A stretch of 48,139 nt of DNA, from the NCBI GenBank assembly GCA_963709405.1, contig CAVPXM010000058.1:1-48139 (forward strand), read 5' to 3'. Position 1 is the stretch's first letter; each line of letters begins with the position of its first letter. Shown here in pieces: positions 42,667 through 48,139 of the stretch. Source of the DNA: an uncultured Nitrososphaerales archaeon. GTDB lineage: Archaea; Thermoproteota; Nitrososphaeria; Nitrososphaerales; Nitrososphaeraceae. The notes under the pieces were generated by a model. That model was given only the letters and a program-made list of their open reading frames with translations, did no database searches and was not told the origin of the DNA. The position numbers and the translations under genes were made by a program.

Positions 42667-43032
42667 TCATTGACTGGCGCCACCTAGTGCTTGATCTGCT
42701 GCATCCAAGTGCATCATTGCTCCCTGACTATCGCCGCTCTTTAATGCTTTAATTCCTTGGTCTAAGTGCATTTTTGCCGATTGATCTGAAGAAGAGGAGG
42801 AACTAGCAAGGCCTTGATCTGCTGCATCCAAGTGCATCATTGCTCCCTGATTATCGCCACTCTTTAATGCTTTAATTCCTTCATCTAGGTGCATTTTTGG
42901 TGTTATTGTTTGTGCAAATGCTGAAGAAGCGATGCTGAGTTCACCTTTGGCTAGCATTGACAATCCTAATGCTCCTGAAAGAAGAACTACGCTTGCAGTC
43001 AGTATTATATTCTTTATCATTAGAAAAATCAT
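42667..43032 (-). CDS. Small secreted protein with two Met/His helical repeats
   Basis: KMHLD(E/Q)GIKALKSGD(N/S)QGAMMHLDAADQ x2. Confidence 0.85.
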   Translation of the reverse strand: MIFLMIKNIILTASVVLLSGALGLSMLAKGELSIASSAFAQTITPKMHLDEGIKALKSGDNQGAMMHLDAADQGLASSSSSSDQSAKMHLDQGIKALKSGDSQGAMMHLDAADQALGGASQ

Positions 43033-43487
43033 TATTAATATTTTATATAAATATTATCGGTTATGTCTATGGCTCAATAAGACCTTAACTAATATAGTTA
43101 ATTGAATTATATTGAAAGTACTATCATCCAACGAATATGAGAGCATGCCTCCAACACATAACACTAACGTGAGACTTTCGGAAGTTATACGGTTCCAGCA
43201 AAAGATCTTGAACAAAGATGTTGCTGAACCAACAAATGGACAATTATCTGTTGATAACTAGTTTACATGAAATGATGCCTGGGGAGATGAAAAGGGAACA
43301 GAACATGAGCAGACATTGGTGCTATGGATTAGTTCTGGAATCAATTTGAATAAAGTGATATCTACATCAAAGGGCTATAACACCAACACTTCCGTACACA
43401 TAGACTGAATATTTAACTCCCACTTTTTCTCCACAATCTTTCTTTTCAAAAAATAACTCGATGCATTAGATACCTGGCTACTTTAGT

Positions 43488-44700
43488 TTGGTACTAATAA
43501 CGATGACTGAGATACTTCTAAGAAAATATTTGCCTGTGTTGGTCAGACAGAATGGTGTACTTATTGATAATACAGGGCAGACCATAGGTCAGCAAGTTAT
43601 AGATCTCAAAAAGAAGATTTCCTGTCTTGGAAGCGGCAAACAAGGTAAAGAAAAAAAGGCAGAATTAAAACAAAATCTAGTCGAACTATTAGAAAATTCA
43701 AGAACACTTATCGATCTTAGCGGCACTATACTTTTATTTTTAGAACCACCGGATAGAGAACTTTGGAATTTACTAAAGCCTATATTGTCACATGATAAAC
43801 CTGAAATCGAATTTCCGTATGTTGAAAAAACTCAAAACGAAGGATTTGTCACAAAGAAAGTTATTGTAAGAGGTTGGCCAGCATGCATTTTTTGTAGTGC
43901 TAAAGATGAAAGTGATTGGCCGGGTTGGCCTGAGAGTCATGAGTCGATTCATAATAACATCCCCTAACATGAATCAAACCAAATATCTGGAATCAAATAT
44001 GCTAATAGCCCAGACTCAAAGTCTTACCACGTCTTGTGCAAGAGAAAATTATTATTTCAACTAGAGATGAAGAGTTGGCCAAACAGTGTGTTTTAGATTT
44101 GCTAAGAGAGATCCAGGATTTTTCTAAAAGTGTTGGCCAAGGATCATTTGATAACGATTTCGAATATGGATTCCATATGGAAATATTCTTGGTGAGGTTC
44201 TAAGGTCAGAAAAAGGAACTGATAACCGAACTAACTAAACGACTTTTGACTTTTATCAAAATAATTGCTATTTCCAAAGTCTAAATTACGGCAGAAATTG
44301 ATCTATGTTCAAGAGGAATATGTAATTGCAAGTCTAGATGATCTAGCCGAAGCACTATATATAACCCAGAACATAAGCGGTATCCCAGCTTACAAATTGA
44401 AGATTTTATAGAGAAATCTTTCTTGAATTATTCAGATCAAAAGAGAGAGGTAGATACTAGTGAAGATAAAACCAAAAAAGAATCCATAATAGCAGTAACG
44501 ACCAAAGCAGTTATCAGACTATTATAAAGAAAAATCAGGAAGAGCAATTTCTGCTGAGAATATAAGTAAGACATTTTTAAATGAACTACTCAATCATGAT
44601 TATATAGGCTCCGTCGAGTCTGTTCTTGACAGAAGACAGAATATCTACTATCCCTTAGTTGAGCTGACGATGATAATATCGCAGATGAGAATCAGAACAA
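43488..44700 (+). pseudogene. Mobile-element helicase/NTPase-like gene, 5'-truncated and frameshifted
   Basis: IDLSGTILLFLE...LKPILSHD...VRGWPACIFC...MSRFIITSP resembles the Walker B, sensor and Arg-finger region of AAA+ replicative helicases; Walker A not seen. Confidence 0.55.
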
Positions 44701-44836
44701 TAATGATAGCAACGACGATGAAAAAATAAAGAATTTAAAGAATTCAGGCAAATTCCGTAATTTCCAACAATATTCTAGGATAACATTACCTAAAAATTGT
44801 AGATCTATTCCTGAAAACTGGTTAATATTTGAGATT

Positions 44837-47172
44837 TTGGGTCTTGCGAAATACGGAATTGATTTAGATAGTTTTAGTGGTTGTATTGCAGACGAGTTAA
44901 ACAATAACAATAATCTAAAACTGTTAGATAAAGATGGAAATAGACTAACTGTAAAACAATTCACAACAGAATATGAGAAAGATACTTCTTTAATTCTGTA
45001 TTTTAGAAAGGCCAAATTTAACACTTTTTACAATAAAAATTCTGGATACATAATATATCTTGGAGAAGATTGGCAAGAAGGATATAGGAAATTATGGAAT
45101 CAAGACATATTCCTCAAATTCCGTAAATTTGATGAGCAGTATAATCAACGTCAAGAAAGATCACAGGAAAGTCCAAAACCAAATAATAATAATAATTCAC
45201 AAGAAAAGTCTGAAGTAATAGAACAAAAGATTCGTGAATTAGAACAGAAAATTAAACCATTTGCAAACTTTGTGGCATGGGATCTGGAATGGATGCCAGA
45301 ACCTGATGAAACAGGCATTAAAAGAATAACAATGGCCTCATTTGTTGACAGTAATGGAAAAAAGAAGGTCTTCCATATCCTAGACCAACCATTTGCAAAT
45401 AGTGCAAATCCTGCAGAGGCCTTGATAACTGCTATTCTTGACGAACTGAGTAACTATGACATTTCCATAGGACATAATATTTGTGGTATATCGGATGGAA
45501 AAGGACGTGGGGTTGATTCAGATCTGATAACACTGCAAAGTAATTGTTATGCAAATAACATAGATTCATTCAAAGTTTGAATTGAGCCGCACTCATATTA
45601 ACCGAAACACTATGACCATATCAATGCCTATTATTAGAATAAATGGAAAATCACATGAATGTATCGACACTCTCAAAATATTTGACAACCAGGCAATAAA
45701 AACAGCTTTGGCAGGTGAAGGAATAGAGTATAGAACTAACAAACTTGACGAAATATCAAAAGCGGTTTTGGGCGAATCTGAAGGTGGTAAGTTAGAAGAT
45801 CTAGATGGAATAGAGATCCAGAAATTGCCAATAGAAAAACAAAAGGAATACTGTTTGAGGGATTCTGAACTTGTTATGAAATTAATTCAGTATAAGGACG
45901 GGAATCAGAAAATAATGAAAATGCTGAAGTACTATTTCAGCAGTGACTGGATTAAGTCTAATTCAAACATGTCATGGCACACCAATGTCTTGGTGGAAGA
46001 AAATATTAGAAAATACTGGTCGATTATTACCTTCACAAATTGAAAAACTACCCTATACTGGTGGCAAAGTCTTTGAACCTATTCCAGGACTTTATGAAAA
46101 CCTCTTGAATATTGACGTAGCCAGTCTGTATCCGACTATGGCCATTACTTATAACATTAGTCCAGAGACTATAAACTGTGATTGTTGTAGAAACGATCCA
46201 GAAGCAAGAGTAAAGCAAGAGGTATTACAAGTGATAAATCAGGATCTGCTAAGAGAACAGAAAATAGAAAAACCAAGGGACTACGGGATCTGCAGACATA
46301 CAAAAGGTATATTTTCAGAATTACAAGAGGAATTTAGAGATATCAGATTATACTATAAAAAGATAGATAAACCAAAGGCAGATGCGTTGAAAATTTTGAT
46401 GAATTCAGGTTACGGAGTATTTGGTAATGAATACTTTAAATATAGAGATTATAGAGTAGCAGATCTTATTGCAGGTTATGGACGATACACATTAGACAAA
46501 ATGAAGGAAATAGCCGAATCATTTGGTTTTAAAATAATTTATGGTGATACAGATTCACTATTCTTGCAAGGAGATGATGAAAGCAAACTTGAATTATTCA
46601 TTAAGGCATGTCGTGACGCACTGAAAGTTGATGTAGAACTTGACAAAAAATTCAAAAGAATTCTATTCAATGGAAATAGAAAAGAATATTGTGGAATAAC
46701 TACAGAAGGAAAATTTAGCAATCCAGACAATCCTCTGATTAAAGGTGCTTATGCAATAAAGGATAATGTCCCTAGATTGTTTGAAAATAAATATAGACAG
46801 TTTATCAAAGAATTGTTGGCCCATGGTATTTCAAATATTGAAAACATAGTAGGTGATATAATATTAAAAACAATACAAGATCTTGGAAATAAGAAAGTAG
46901 ATAATTACGATGATCTATTGTATATTACGCAGTTATCAAAAAACCCCGAAGATTACAAAGATGAAAATGCCTCAAAAACTATAGGAATGCAGCAAAACAA
47001 AAGAAAAGGCGAATTAATAAAATATTTCAAGAGAAATGATGGTAAGCCAACGATAAATCCGGATGAAATTGGCTGGGAAAAATATAAGTTGGAATATTTA
47101 AACCTCTTTAGAAGAGACCTACAAGCAATAGGATATGATATGTCTACCTTAAGGGTTGCCTGTGGTAGATGA
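44837..47172 (+). CDS. polB: Family B DNA polymerase of mobile-element type, split by two frameshifts
   Basis: Exo motifs WDLEW, GHNI...DL, YCLRD; polymerase motifs DVASLYP, KILMNSGYG, YGDTDS. Confidence 0.9.
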
Positions 47173-47928
47173 CTTGTCAGAATTTGTCATATGGATGTCA
47201 GTGATTTGATATTTCAGATGATAGGAATTAGCGGTGGCTTAATGTTCCTCGCAGGATTATCTTGATTTGTGTTTAAATAACATTGCTTCCTGGTATGAGC
47301 TGATTGAAGGATGAATATCAAGAAAAGTCTATCAGAAATTGATTTGCAGAGACTGGTTGAGAGCAGCCTGGTTCTGAAGGCGCAAGTTAATCATAGAAAA
47401 TTATTTCAAAAAGGATTGTTCAATTTTCGATGAAGATAATCCGTTGCACAATCTAGGGCAGGTTATACAAAGTAATTCTCAGTATCATTAATATGTTATA
47501 AGATAATATTAAAAAAAGTTATTAATTATATTCTAGCCAAACGTATCTAGGCGATATGTTACTTATAATTGGTTTCTTCCTCCAATTGGACTAGTTAAAC
47601 TGATGAATAATATTAGTGATGATCTTACCGAAACGATAAGGCGTGCAGACGTATCTACATTCTACAGGTACAAGTGTAGAAAACATGTACGTCTGAATAT
47701 TTGTCACCGTTTGGTCTTAAATCTGTTACTAGATGATTAGGTGTATTGTAATGTGATTATATCCTTTGTCCGTGGATCCTATTAGTTATCCCTTTGTAAA
47801 TATTATATTACAATTATGGTATAATCGAACGATGCACTTTATGGTAGGACTCTAACATACAAGAGATATTTTGAAATGTAAGAATACTGTAGGACTATCG
47901 TTGCAACGCAGAAAAATTAATGAATATT

Positions 47929-48139
47929 TTAGCGATACTGAAAGATGTTTCTCATATGCATTCTTATAATCAGTTCGTTACTCGGCCACAACTCAGTACC
48001 AGGCATGATTTCATTGACACCAATTGTTATTCCGCTGCTTGGAGGGAATGTTATTGTTTGATTAGATGGGTTCTGGATTGCAATATCTGTCTGAATAATT
48101 TTCTTTGCCATGTCCGAGCCAACATCTACATGATATAAG
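47929..48139 (-). CDS. 3' end of a third HxYDxTPY-family paralog (runs off the window)
   Basis: LYHVDVGSDMAKKIIQTDIAIQNPSNQTITFPPSS...GVNEI matches 36963. Confidence 0.8.
   Translation of the reverse strand, partial: LYHVDVGSDMAKKIIQTDIAIQNPSNQTITFPPSSGITIGVNEIMPGTELWPSNELIIRMHMRNIFQYR

Noticed and set aside
43488-47172. Casposon
   Set aside because: No Cas1-like integrase or terminal inverted repeats visible in the window.
4090-48138. Numerous short antisense ORFs overlapping called genes (e.g. 4090, 5822, 7105, 14552, 22704, 25832, 44692, 47920)
   Set aside because: No recognisable motifs; explained as reverse-strand shadows of real genes.

Overview
AT-rich archaeal DNA, most consistent with a soil ammonia-oxidising archaeon of the Nitrososphaeraceae (inferred from archaeal-type NirK, leaderless TATA promoters and lineage-typical gene families). 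Most of the window is a rearranged copper/metal island. It contains a CopC-CopD fusion, two NirK-like two-domain multicopper oxidases, a ZnuA-type binding protein, secreted DsrE and CHRD proteins, and several paralogous families of secreted His/Met-rich proteins. IS630, IS3, IS5 and IS6 elements, gene remnants and duplicated blocks are interspersed, and a putative helicase-PolB replication module lies near the right end. The main unannotated signal is a 23-bp palindrome, TGGTACATTCG-N-CGAATGTACCA, found at 12 sites of varying quality. At most sites it sits 5 bp upstream of a TATA-like hexamer that begins about 28-31 bp before a start codon. One copy precedes an operon for a His-rich membrane protein and a double winged-HTH regulator, the candidate autoregulated sensor/regulator. 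Two copies precede ORF-free, multi-stem sequences that look like regulated small RNAs. Many genes carry single-base frameshifts that may be sequencing errors, so pseudogene calls are tentative. All family assignments come from motif recognition by eye, not database searches.
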